Shown here: in pieces, positions 37,824 to 46,825 of the stretch
Position numbering within the stretch: position 1 is the first letter of the stretch
How the letters are laid out: every line of letters begins with the position of its first letter
From: a virus
Taxonomy: Duplodnaviria; Caudoviricetes
DNA: 49,185 nucleotides
Direction: 5' to 3' (one strand)
IMG/VR virus record: IMGVR_UViG_3300025103_000029
Location: 1-49,185 of that record
Translations under genes and position numbers: made by a program
Notes under the pieces: model-generated
Databases searched by the model: none
Told to the model about the DNA's origin: nothing
The model's input: only the letters and a program-made list of their open reading frames with translations

Positions 37824-40160
37824 ATGCCAACAATATTAGAATTATTTCATAGTAGTGGTTTAAGGGATTCAGTTAAGGCTGATACAGAAACTCTTGTCGA
37901 ACAAGAATTAACTGGTATTAGAATTAAATCTGCTGTTGAAGTAAACAATCCTTTAATATATGGTAACGAAGCAACTCGTATAGCAATAAGAAGTACACCT
38001 TCAGTTGAGAAAATGAAAGATGCTACTGGTGGTACTGGTGGTGATGGTGGTTTAATTGGAAAAGGTTTAGGTGCAATTACAGGTGGTGGATTTGGTAAAG
38101 CATTATTTGGTGGACAAGTAAATTCTTTATCTCAAGCACGAGATGGTATAAATTCCAAATTAGGTATTCCTGGTTCTCCAATACCAACGTTTGTAGATAA
38201 CCATGGTGATTTACAAAAAGGAAAAGAACCTGATACCATGATTACACTTGGTAAAATAAGAAATGATGCAGCAGGAACTGAACTCGGTAAATTTTTAAAA
38301 CAAACAGGTGGTGGGAATTTTAGAAGTATTGGAAGAAATGTTATTGGACAGGGTATCTCTCTTGTTAAAGGTAAGGTAAGAGATACTTTATTTGGTTCTC
38401 CGTTATCTGTTGGTGAAAATTCTCCATCAAATCAATCATATGAGTATAGTTCACAAGAACCATATTCTATTACAATTCGTAATGTAAAAAATAGTGAACC
38501 TGAAAATGATAAACTACAACTTGTACAATCTCAAGCAAAAGAAAAAGTAGATGCATTAAAAAGTAAAACAAAAGATTTACTTAAAAAGAATAAAAAAGTT
38601 GATGAAGTAGTTGAAGATAACGAATCATCTGATGAAGAAACGTATTCTTTAAAAAATGAACAATTAAAAGTAAAAGATAGTAAAGAAACTAATCTTTCAA
38701 TACCAACTGATGAATCAGATAATGAGGTTAAGAAAGATACTGATGCTAAATTAAATGAATCTTCTCCTTTAGATGAAGAAAAAAAAGAAAGAGTTGATTA
38801 TAGTAAAGAAAATAAATACTCTGATGTAGTTAAAGAAGAGCAAACAGATGATACCTCAGATGGAATATTTAAAAGAATAGACTTAAGTTCATTACCAGGA
38901 AAAGTAGATAAAGAACCTACGTTGAGTTCAACTATAAAAGAATTAAACTCAGCATTTAGTTCAGAAAATCTATATTCAAAAGATATGCCAACATTGGAAT
39001 CTTTGTATGGAATGGGAACATCTTTTGATACTTTGAATGCAGATGGAAAAGAAGGTGAAAACTTTACAAGAAAAGAACTTGAAGATAGTGATTTAATTCC
39101 AATTTGGATTGCAGCAAAAGGAGGAAAATCTGTACACTTTAGAAGTATTATATCTGGTCTAACAGAAACAGTAACACCATCTTGGAGTAGTCAGAAGTTT
39201 TTAGGTAACCCATATAATTTTTATAACTATGAAGGAGTTGAAAGAGGTATCTCTTTTAATTTAAAAATGTTTTGTTACTCTAAATCAGAACTTGCAAATA
39301 TGTGGACCAAAATTCAATTTATTTCAAAAAATTGTTATCCAGATTTTGAAAATGTAAACAAAAATAAAGTAATAAAACCACCTATTATTGAATTTAGAAT
39401 AGGAAATATTTACAAAAGTAAAGTATCATTTATTGAATCTCTTTCTTATACAATACCAGATGATTCTAATTGGGAAACTATTGATGGTTTACAATTACCA
39501 AAAATTGTAGAAGTTGCTATTGGAATAAAATTCATTGAAAATGCAGGAATAGAAGATACTTTATATGCATACGAAATAACTGAGGAATCATTAAAGATTA
39601 TTAATGAGAAACGAGGAGCTAATTCAGAATCAACAAGTACGTTCTCTGAAGAACCTCAAACTAATGGCGATGGAGCTTCTCCAGAAGTTGTTAAACTTGA
39701 TAATACTGGTGTAGAGATTACAGAAGAAACTGAAAAACAAAAAGATAATTCTGGTATCAACAAACCTCCTAAAGATGCAAAAACAGGAGAAGCTTCACCT
39801 GAATTTGATGAAAGTATAACTCCTAAATCAAAACAACAACAAAGAAGAGAAAAAAATAGAAAAGACCTTTTAGCTACTGGTAAAATACAAGAAGATGCTA
39901 CAATTTTTTCTACATTAGTTAATGTTAGAAAAACAATTGTTGCAGGTAGACACTTTGGTTTTGACTATGATACTTTGAGAAAAGAGAATGAAGAATTTAT
40001 TAGTATAAACTACCAAAATGGAAACAATGTAAGTAGAAGAGTTTTTTCTGTAATTAGTGGAAAGCCAGGTACAACTGGTGTATGGTATGAGAAATGGAAA
40101 AAAGACCAAGCAAAAAAACAAGAAGCACCTAAAGAAAATAATTCAATAGAAACTTTCTAG
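37824..40160 (+). CDS. Baseplate/tail-tube initiator-like protein with low-complexity insertions
   Basis: FRS.I.GL.ET.TPSW....F.G.P..FY.Y.G.ER.ISF...PP...FRIG..Y domain; follows the tape measure gene. Confidence 0.55.
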   Translation: MPTILELFHSSGLRDSVKADTETLVEQELTGIRIKSAVEVNNPLIYGNEATRIAIRSTPSVEKMKDATGGTGGDGGLIGKGLGAITGGGFGKALFGGQVNSLSQARDGINSKLGIPGSPIPTFVDNHGDLQKGKEPDTMITLGKIRNDAAGTELGKFLKQTGGGNFRSIGRNVIGQGISLVKGKVRDTLFGSPLSVGENSPSNQSYEYSSQEPYSITIRNVKNSEPENDKLQLVQSQAKEKVDALKSKTKDLLKKNKKVDEVVEDNESSDEETYSLKNEQLKVKDSKETNLSIPTDESDNEVKKDTDAKLNESSPLDEEKKERVDYSKENKYSDVVKEEQTDDTSDGIFKRIDLSSLPGKVDKEPTLSSTIKELNSAFSSENLYSKDMPTLESLYGMGTSFDTLNADGKEGENFTRKELEDSDLIPIWIAAKGGKSVHFRSIISGLTETVTPSWSSQKFLGNPYNFYNYEGVERGISFNLKMFCYSKSELANMWTKIQFISKNCYPDFENVNKNKVIKPPIIEFRIGNIYKSKVSFIESLSYTIPDDSNWETIDGLQLPKIVEVAIGIKFIENAGIEDTLYAYEITEESLKIINEKRGANSESTSTFSEEPQTNGDGASPEVVKLDNTGVEITEETEKQKDNSGINKPPKDAKTGEASPEFDESITPKSKQQQRREKNRKDLLATGKIQEDATIFSTLVNVRKTIVAGRHFGFDYDTLRKENEEFISINYQNGNNVSRRVFSVISGKPGTTGVWYEKWKKDQAKKQEAPKENNSIETF

Positions 40161-40175
40161 AAAAGAAAAATAATT

Positions 40176-40466
40176 ATGGCAAGTAGATATGGTAATAATA
40201 AACAGAAAAAATTAGATGATGGCAGAATAGTCTATCGTTCTAAGATATATCCTAATATTCCTAAAAAAGATAGTGATATCTATATCGTAACTCAAGGTGG
40301 TGATAGGTTAGATACATTAGCTTATCAATTTTACGAAGATTCTTCATTATGGTGGATTATAGCTACTGCAAACAATATACATGGAGCAGATTTTGCTCTA
40401 GAAGATGGAACAATACTTAGAATTCCAAAAGATTATATCTCAATTATAAATAAAATAAAAGACTAA
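40176..40466 (+). CDS. LysM-like baseplate wedge protein (gp53/tail-X-like)
   Basis: GDRLDTLAYQFYEDSSLWWIIA.AN...G..LRIP. Confidence 0.8.
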   Translation: MASRYGNNKQKKLDDGRIVYRSKIYPNIPKKDSDIYIVTQGGDRLDTLAYQFYEDSSLWWIIATANNIHGADFALEDGTILRIPKDYISIINKIKD

Positions 40467-40467
40467 T

Positions 40468-43053
40468 ATGAGTAGTGGTTTTCCTCAAAGAGCAAATTTA
40501 AACGAGAATATATATAAAACTATATTAAGTAGAGCAGGTAACAACAAGAAAGTTTCTGAAAAACTACCTTGGATAAAAGTTACTTCTTGTTTACATGAAT
40601 TTTTATCGTTAGAATCAACTCCAATGAATGATTCCTTTGCTTCACGATATGGTGGTAAAAAAGATGGTAGAAGTGGTAGAATAGGAATTAACCAAAAAGG
40701 AGATCCTGTTTATCCTGAAAAAATAAACGATATAGATGGAAACGAAATTGGTATAGATAGAAGTTTTAGAAGTTCACCTATTATAGAAAGTGTAGTGATA
40801 TCACAGGGTAAAGAAGGATTATCCAAAAAAACAAATTTTACAATAAAAGCATTTACTCTTGCACAAGCAGATGCATTGGTTCAATATTTTTTAGAACCAG
40901 GTGGTAATGTTTTGGTGGAATGGGGATTTAATGAAAGTAACTCAGTTATTTATAAAAGTGCGATAGATGCTTGTGAAATTGCAAAATATCAAAATATTAA
41001 GCACTTAACTGATAAAAGAAAAAAATCATTAGGAACGTATGATGCTGTATTGGGTATAATAACTGGTGGTTCAATGTCATTTGGTGAGGCAGAATCATAT
41101 AATATTGAGGTTGAAATAACTTCTATTGGAGAAATACCTGCATATTTACAACATCATAAAAATGTAAGAAATGGAGAAGAGGAAATTAATAACACAGGTG
41201 AGACATTTGCTATATCTGATATAGATAGTGATGCTGAAGAACGCAAATCAGTTGGAACTAGTTTATTTAAGCAGATGTATAATGATTTGCCTTCACATAA
41301 ACAAACATCCACAATTAAAAACCTTGCGAAAGAATCGTGGGCAACAGATGAAGGTAACTTTGTTAATATGGATAAAGAGATTAGAGAAAAACTAATCGAA
41401 GCCACAAAAAATGCAGATTTAAGAAGTGAAGATAAAGATGGTGATGGTGATGATTTATCAATACCAACCGATACTCCTTTATTTGATACCGATAGATATA
41501 TAAAAGCTAGTTTGGCTTTTACAATACTAGATTTAACACATACATTAACGTTAAAACCTATAAGAGTAGGTTGTGATGAAAATGTTCAAACTTCGAATCC
41601 TTATATAAATTGGAGAAATACTATTATAAGAGCTCATAAGAATATTTTTTCAACTGATGGTAGTAAGTTAATGATTCCAAATGAGAAGACACCTGATTTC
41701 GATTTAAACTCAGCGTTAACTTCCAAAAAAGAGCCTAATCCAACTATTACATTTTCTTCAGGACAAGGGAGCAGAAGCACAATTGTAACTCAACCAAATG
41801 GAACATATCCAGAAAATACGTTTTCTCCAACAATGCCATTTCCAAGAAAAACCTCAATTGAATATAGTGCTGCAAAAGATATCGATAGTGATTATGAATG
41901 TATAGAATATAATAGATATGAATGGGGATACTTAAAAGATTTATATATAAACTTTGATTTTTTTATTAGTTGTATTAGTAGTCCTGGATTATTATCAAAA
42001 GATGTTTATTATAAAATTCTAAATGGACTTTCAGGTGCAGTTAATATGAATTGGGACTTTCAGTTAACCGAATCTCCTTGGGTTGAACCACAAGATTCAT
42101 CAGATGGGTGTATAAAGTGGTGGAGAAAAAGAATTACAAATAATCTTGATAAAGGAGCAACAGAATTAAAAGTAGTTTGTTTTAATACTACTGGTAACAC
42201 TACTAATAAACTTGGAAAGGCTAAATTTCAATCAAGGGGTATAAACTCTCCTTTTCTTTCTGCGGAAATAAATATGGATATTCCTTCTGCTATGAAAGGT
42301 CAGGTAGTTATGCAAAAAAATGCAAGCAGGGATGCAAGTCCAAATACTGAACAAAAAGATAAAGATTTTAGAGGGTTATTTACAAAATATAAAGATGCAC
42401 TTAATGAGAAGTTAAATTCTTTTAGAAAAAAAGAAGATGCTGAAAGGGAAGCTGAGCAAAAGGCAGCTGAGCAAAGAGAGGAAGATAAGTTAACTTCAAG
42501 TGAAAAAGCAAAGAAAGAGAGAAAAGAGAAAAAAGCTGCTGAAAAGGCTAAAGAAGCACAGAAAAAATCAAACTATGAAACTTTTGCTAAAAAAGCAACT
42601 GTTGTTCCTAGAGCCCAATTCCGAGCTGGGGATATTGATGTTGCAAAAGCATGGTTTTCTGGACTCGGAGGTGATGCTAATATAGAAGATATTATGATGG
42701 TTGTTGCATTTAGTGATACCGAACTTCTTAAAAATGTTGAAGATTTCAATAAAGGAATTATAGATGGAAAATTTCAAGAAGAAAACCAAAAATCAAAAGA
42801 TGCAATTGCATTGCCTGTTAAATTTAACTTTACAATACATGGAGTAAGTGGTATAAAAGTAGGAGATACCTTTAATATACCAGATTTACCGGGTGTTTAT
42901 AAGAAAAAAATATTCACAGTAACACAAATAGAACATAATATAGAACAAACTATTTGGAAAACAAGTGTTCAAGCATCGTTAGTTTCAATTGATGCATCCA
43001 AAATCAGTTATGAACAGAAATATAAAAAGCCTAAATCTCATCAACAAATTTAA
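40468..43053 (+). CDS. Putative baseplate hub protein (gp27-like)
   Basis: FLEPG..V.VEWG; C-terminal F.IHG.SGI.VGDTF....LP......F.VTQIEH.I....W.T. Confidence 0.55.
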   Translation: MSSGFPQRANLNENIYKTILSRAGNNKKVSEKLPWIKVTSCLHEFLSLESTPMNDSFASRYGGKKDGRSGRIGINQKGDPVYPEKINDIDGNEIGIDRSFRSSPIIESVVISQGKEGLSKKTNFTIKAFTLAQADALVQYFLEPGGNVLVEWGFNESNSVIYKSAIDACEIAKYQNIKHLTDKRKKSLGTYDAVLGIITGGSMSFGEAESYNIEVEITSIGEIPAYLQHHKNVRNGEEEINNTGETFAISDIDSDAEERKSVGTSLFKQMYNDLPSHKQTSTIKNLAKESWATDEGNFVNMDKEIREKLIEATKNADLRSEDKDGDGDDLSIPTDTPLFDTDRYIKASLAFTILDLTHTLTLKPIRVGCDENVQTSNPYINWRNTIIRAHKNIFSTDGSKLMIPNEKTPDFDLNSALTSKKEPNPTITFSSGQGSRSTIVTQPNGTYPENTFSPTMPFPRKTSIEYSAAKDIDSDYECIEYNRYEWGYLKDLYINFDFFISCISSPGLLSKDVYYKILNGLSGAVNMNWDFQLTESPWVEPQDSSDGCIKWWRKRITNNLDKGATELKVVCFNTTGNTTNKLGKAKFQSRGINSPFLSAEINMDIPSAMKGQVVMQKNASRDASPNTEQKDKDFRGLFTKYKDALNEKLNSFRKKEDAEREAEQKAAEQREEDKLTSSEKAKKERKEKKAAEKAKEAQKKSNYETFAKKATVVPRAQFRAGDIDVAKAWFSGLGGDANIEDIMMVVAFSDTELLKNVEDFNKGIIDGKFQEENQKSKDAIALPVKFNFTIHGVSGIKVGDTFNIPDLPGVYKKKIFTVTQIEHNIEQTIWKTSVQASLVSIDASKISYEQKYKKPKSHQQI

Positions 43054-43058
43054 TCTTT

Positions 43059-43451
43059 ATGAAAAATACAGAAAGATATAAAAAAATTAAACGTACTTCA
43101 CTTAAATCAAATATAAGTGATGTAGAAACTCATATACCAACACCAACTAAGGATGATTATGGTATGGGATTCGTTAAGAGATATTTTATACAGTTGGTGA
43201 ATGATAAAAATTCTATAATATATGAAGTTAATGATAGAGTATATCTTAACCACGAACATAAATCATTTTATGCAAGAACTTCATTAAAATGGAGAATTTC
43301 TGGTAATTTAGACGAATCATATGATATGAATGGAAATCTAATTAATAAATCAGTTAAAGAATCTAATAGAATAGCAATAAGTTTAGCATCTAAAGAAATC
43401 CCAAATTTAAAATTATATTTACCAAATTTATTACAATTTTATAAAAGTTAA
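43059..43451 (+). CDS. Hypothetical protein, probably baseplate-associated
   Basis: P.PT..DY..GF..RYF...W.ISG; closely follows the hub gene. Confidence 0.6.
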   Translation: MKNTERYKKIKRTSLKSNISDVETHIPTPTKDDYGMGFVKRYFIQLVNDKNSIIYEVNDRVYLNHEHKSFYARTSLKWRISGNLDESYDMNGNLINKSVKESNRIAISLASKEIPNLKLYLPNLLQFYKS

Positions 43452-43482
43452 TATATATAGATATACAACTAAATTAGGTTAC

Positions 43483-44250
43483 ATGAATTATCTTACAGAA
43501 GAAGAAAAACAACAATTACTTTTTGATTGGAGATACAAAGGATTTTCTACAATAGAATTACTTAGTGAAGAGGAATGTGATGAATTGAATGAAGAATTAG
43601 AAAAACTTCGTAAGCAAAGACAAGAAACAACAAAAGAAGATGGTAGTGAATGGGGAGAATATGACCCATTTATGTATCCACACAAATTATCAGAAAAATT
43701 TGAAAAAATATTTTCTCATCCTAAAATTATAGAAGCAACCCAATTCTTATTAGGGGGTAAAGTAAATGGAACACAAACTTGGTGTTACTTCAAACCACCA
43801 GGTCAATTAGGTAGAGATATGCATCAAAATGCATTTTATACAGGATGTAAACACAATGAATATTTAAACATTACTGTTGCACTAGATAATCATGATAAAG
43901 AAAATGGTGCAGTATGGAACTACGAGGGAACTCATAGATTGGGAATACTTCCAATAGAAGTAGATGAGGAAAGGATTAAAACTAATCCAAAGAACTGGTC
44001 TAATGAAAGAGGTAAACCTTGTGTAATGCCTGAAGGTCATGATTTTAGAAAAATTGAAGGAAGTACTAAAAAGGGTGATATTGTTTTCTTACACTCACAT
44101 ACAATCCATGGCTCAGAAACAAATCATTCAAATAGATTCAGAAGAAGTTTCTTAGCAGGATATTCATTAAAAGGAGCCGAATTCAAAAAAGGCGGACATA
44201 TGAAAAGAGAACCTATTGATATCTATTCATTACAAAACAAATATTGGTAA
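43483..44250 (+). CDS. PhyH-family Fe(II)/2-oxoglutarate dioxygenase (paralog 2)
   Basis: FKPPGQLGRDMHQN, VALD..D.ENGA...Y.GTH, KGDIVFLHSHTIHGS..N...RFRRS. Confidence 0.85.
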   Translation: MNYLTEEEKQQLLFDWRYKGFSTIELLSEEECDELNEELEKLRKQRQETTKEDGSEWGEYDPFMYPHKLSEKFEKIFSHPKIIEATQFLLGGKVNGTQTWCYFKPPGQLGRDMHQNAFYTGCKHNEYLNITVALDNHDKENGAVWNYEGTHRLGILPIEVDEERIKTNPKNWSNERGKPCVMPEGHDFRKIEGSTKKGDIVFLHSHTIHGSETNHSNRFRRSFLAGYSLKGAEFKKGGHMKREPIDIYSLQNKYW

Positions 44251-44254
44251 ATTG

Positions 44255-44306
44255 CAAAAATAATTCACTTTTTGCTTGGATTTCTCGTTTATTTTTCGTA
44301 TATTTA
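44255..44306 (+). promoter_or_regulatory. Early promoter, Bacteroidota sigma-A type
   Basis: CAAAAATAATT...TTG(44276-78)-N20-TATATTTA(44299-306). Confidence 0.7.
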
Positions 44307-44343
44307 CTATGTAAATAATTAATAACACTTAAAACTTAAACGA

Positions 44344-44622
44344 ATGATTTACTTAGTACATCCCCAACACATCGTATCAAGAGCCCTTGGTATCGATTCT
44401 TTCACAAAAATGATTAATGATGAGCAAGTTCAATTCTCTGAATTGGTTGATACTTCAGTACAGATAGCTGAAGAATGGACTAACGATTGGGATGAAGACC
44501 AAGGATTTGGTTCTTCAGATGGAACTTATCTTCTAAAAGATTTTATGGATACTATCATATCATCTTATACTAAGGGATATAAAACAGTATTTAATCCTTC
44601 GTTAAACATAATTAAACTTTAA
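44344..44622 (+). CDS. Hypothetical early protein
   Basis: ORF downstream of the promoter with an A-rich leader. Confidence 0.7.
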   Translation: MIYLVHPQHIVSRALGIDSFTKMINDEQVQFSELVDTSVQIAEEWTNDWDEDQGFGSSDGTYLLKDFMDTIISSYTKGYKTVFNPSLNIIKL

Positions 44623-44625
44623 AAC

Positions 44626-44853
44626 ATGACAATTAAACAATTTTATTTAGAAACATACCCAACTGATGATATGGGTAACGATATTAAAGATGATACTACC
44701 TTTTTGGGTTTGATTACCGAATTAGTTGGTAAAAATGATATATATGACTTCCTTGGTGTTCACGATAGTTTAATAAGAGAACGATTATTCTCAGAACTAG
44801 CAAAACAACTAAAAACAAGTTATGAACTCATTTATGATTTATGGTTAAAATAA
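44626..44853 (+). CDS. Hypothetical early protein
   Basis: ORF 3 nt after the previous stop; YPTD..G...DS.IRER.F. Confidence 0.7.
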   Translation: MTIKQFYLETYPTDDMGNDIKDDTTFLGLITELVGKNDIYDFLGVHDSLIRERLFSELAKQLKTSYELIYDLWLK

Positions 44854-44855
44854 AT

Positions 44856-44907
44856 CAAAAATAATTGAAAAAAAGCTTGCATAATCCAATAAATAGTCGT
44901 ATATTAG
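44856..44907 (+). promoter_or_regulatory. Early promoter, Bacteroidota sigma-A type
   Basis: CAAAAATAATT...TTG(44877-79)-N20-TATATTAG(44900-907). Confidence 0.7.
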
Positions 44908-44963
44908 TATTGTAATTGAGTGGGAGTTTAGTCCACAAATAATAAACCTTTAAAACATAAAAC

Positions 44964-45560
44964 ATGAGTAAAAAATTAAAATTTTCGTTAAACGGTCAAG
45001 AGTTCCAATTACCCCTTAATTCTTATACAGAACAAACTTGGGGTAGTTCAGTTGAGAAATACATCCACATGAGTGCTAAGAATTGTGCTTCAATAATCAA
45101 ACAATTTGTTAAAAAGAATTATCCTGAACTTAAGGTATGGGCTGGTTCTGATGTATATAGTGGTGGTTCTTCTGTAAGAGTAAGTGTTTGTAATCCTGAT
45201 GGTTCTGAAGTAGATTATGATGTTTTCAAATCTATCTCCCAATGGAAACACATCTTACAAGGTGGTAACTTCAATGGTATGGAAGATATCTACGAATATA
45301 GAGAAGATAAATTGTGTACTGATAATGGTATGGAGTTGAAATACTTCCCTTCTTATATCTTCATTGATAACAAACCAAAATGGGGTTCTGTTGAATATTG
45401 GGTAAATCAGTATAATGAGTATAAATCAAATATCAATAATCCTGATTACTCTAAACAAAGAGAAATTATGAATGAGAAATATAATGGTTCGTTCTTAGAA
45501 ATGAATAAAACTTATATGACTAAAAAAGAATATGAAAGATGTTCTTTAGTATTATCTTAA
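44964..45560 (+). CDS. Early protein, possibly LPD29-like (large polyvalent protein domain)
   Basis: IKQFVKK.YP..KVW..SDVYSGGSSVRV...G.FNGMEDIYEY resembles LPD29 as I recall it; not verified. Confidence 0.5.
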   Translation: MSKKLKFSLNGQEFQLPLNSYTEQTWGSSVEKYIHMSAKNCASIIKQFVKKNYPELKVWAGSDVYSGGSSVRVSVCNPDGSEVDYDVFKSISQWKHILQGGNFNGMEDIYEYREDKLCTDNGMELKYFPSYIFIDNKPKWGSVEYWVNQYNEYKSNINNPDYSKQREIMNEKYNGSFLEMNKTYMTKKEYERCSLVLS

Positions 45561-45570
45561 ACTTTAAAAT

Positions 45571-45825
45571 ATGAGAATCGGATATAAAAAATTTAAAGAA
45601 ATTAAAAAGTGGTATGGGTCATCTGATTTTGAAATCGGATATGATTCTTACTTTACTAAAGGTAAAGGAATAAACCTAAGATTTGGTTATTGGCAAAAAG
45701 TAGATTTTGAAGGATTGCAAGAAATACTACCACATTATTGTACGGTTACTGAAAACATCGTTGATGAAGATGAGGATTGTGGGGTTTTATACCAATATAA
45801 TATTACAGATTCGAGGATATATTAA
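45571..45825 (+). CDS. Hypothetical protein
   Basis: ORF in the tightly packed early operon. Confidence 0.65.
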   Translation: MRIGYKKFKEIKKWYGSSDFEIGYDSYFTKGKGINLRFGYWQKVDFEGLQEILPHYCTVTENIVDEDEDCGVLYQYNITDSRIY

Positions 45826-45847
45826 AATAACTTTAAACCAATAAGAT

Positions 45848-46171
45848 ATGAAACTACCTAAAATAACAAAACCTTGGAGTAAAGAAATGTATGAGTATAA
45901 CGATTATGTTGCTAACTTCATGAAGATGGAAATTGAAACTAAGATTAACGAAGCCGAACAAAATGATGATTTCAATACCCTAAACGAACTAATGGTTCTT
46001 TCTGGTGGTATTAAGTATGGAGATAGTTACACAATTGGTGAACTATACGATGATTGTTTGAACGAATTACAGAATGTTCAAAACTATTGGTTACATGAAG
46101 AATTCCCATATGCTGTATCAAAAGGATGGGTTGATGATGTTGAATTAAAATTCGTTGGATATGACAAATAG
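45848..46171 (+). CDS. Hypothetical protein
   Basis: ORF in the early operon. Confidence 0.65.
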   Translation: MKLPKITKPWSKEMYEYNDYVANFMKMEIETKINEAEQNDDFNTLNELMVLSGGIKYGDSYTIGELYDDCLNELQNVQNYWLHEEFPYAVSKGWVDDVELKFVGYDK

Positions 46172-46352
46172 TTGGTATTATACAGAGATGGGTTCTCGAA
46201 ACAAGAAAACAGGTAAGTTATCTTACTACCAAGTAAGAGTAACCGATTATAGAATTGATGATTGTAATTGTAAGGCAAGAGAATTTCGTTCTTACTCACC
46301 TTGTAAACATATGAAAAGATTACACGAAAAATTAACACACTTAAATATTTAA
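46161..46352 (+). CDS. SWIM zinc-finger protein
   Basis: CNC...(REFR)...CKH; the ATG at 46161 overlaps the previous gene. Confidence 0.7.
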   Translation: MTNSWYYTEMGSRNKKTGKLSYYQVRVTDYRIDDCNCKAREFRSYSPCKHMKRLHEKLTHLNI

Positions 46353-46355
46353 AAC

Positions 46356-46559
46356 ATGAAATTATATAACGTACCAAGAAATAGTAGAATTAAAGTAATA
46401 GTAGAGGATAAAGTACCACCAGCTGCACCTCAAATCACAGAAGGTGAAGAGTTAAACTTCAGAAGTATCGATGGGATGTATAGTTACTGTACCAGAGATA
46501 CTGGTGAGGTAGTACATTTAGCAGCTTGGACCGAAGTGGACGTAATAAATCAAAAATAA
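46356..46559 (+). CDS. Hypothetical protein
   Basis: ORF 3 nt after the previous stop; IDGMYSYC....G..VHLAAWTEV. Confidence 0.65.
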   Translation: MKLYNVPRNSRIKVIVEDKVPPAAPQITEGEELNFRSIDGMYSYCTRDTGEVVHLAAWTEVDVINQK

Positions 46560-46591
46560 TTAGGATAATTAAAAATAATTTCGTATATTTG
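46551..46591 (+). promoter_or_regulatory. Early/middle promoter with an exact Bacteroidota -7 box
   Basis: CAAAAATAAT-TAG(46561-63)-N20-TATATTTG(46584-91), which matches TAnnTTTG. Confidence 0.75.
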
Positions 46592-46598
46592 TACCATT

Positions 46599-46736
46599 AT
46601 GAATAAAACAGATTTAACACAACAAGATGGAATGTATTATGTAGGACACCTCATCGATATCGATGGAAGTGGTTATGTAGATGAAGAAACTGCAGAACTT
46701 ATCCTATTAGAATATAATGCAGGAGTTACAGAATGA
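46599..46736 (+). CDS. 45-aa hypothetical protein (absent from the ORF track)
   Basis: MNKTDLTQQDGMYYVGHLIDIDGSGYVDEETAELILLEYNAGVTE; starts 7 nt after the -7 box. Confidence 0.6.
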   Translation: MNKTDLTQQDGMYYVGHLIDIDGSGYVDEETAELILLEYNAGVTE

Positions 46737-46825
46737 AAAAGATATTAAAAGAAATGTACCTTGGTATTAAGATATCAACAGAAATGTATCTTAGTGGTAA
46801 AGCAGGTATGTGGGGTAAATGGTAA
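46733..46825 (+). CDS. 30-aa hypothetical peptide (absent from the ORF track)
   Basis: MKKILKEMYLGIKISTEMYLSGKAGMWGKW; ATGA overlap upstream and overlap with the polymerase start downstream. Confidence 0.45.
   Translation: MKKILKEMYLGIKISTEMYLSGKAGMWGKW

Noticed and set aside
40140-40160. C-terminal SIETF of the 778-aa protein as another DG.TF docking motif
   Set aside because: It lacks the DG core and the protein is not fibre-like; probably coincidence.
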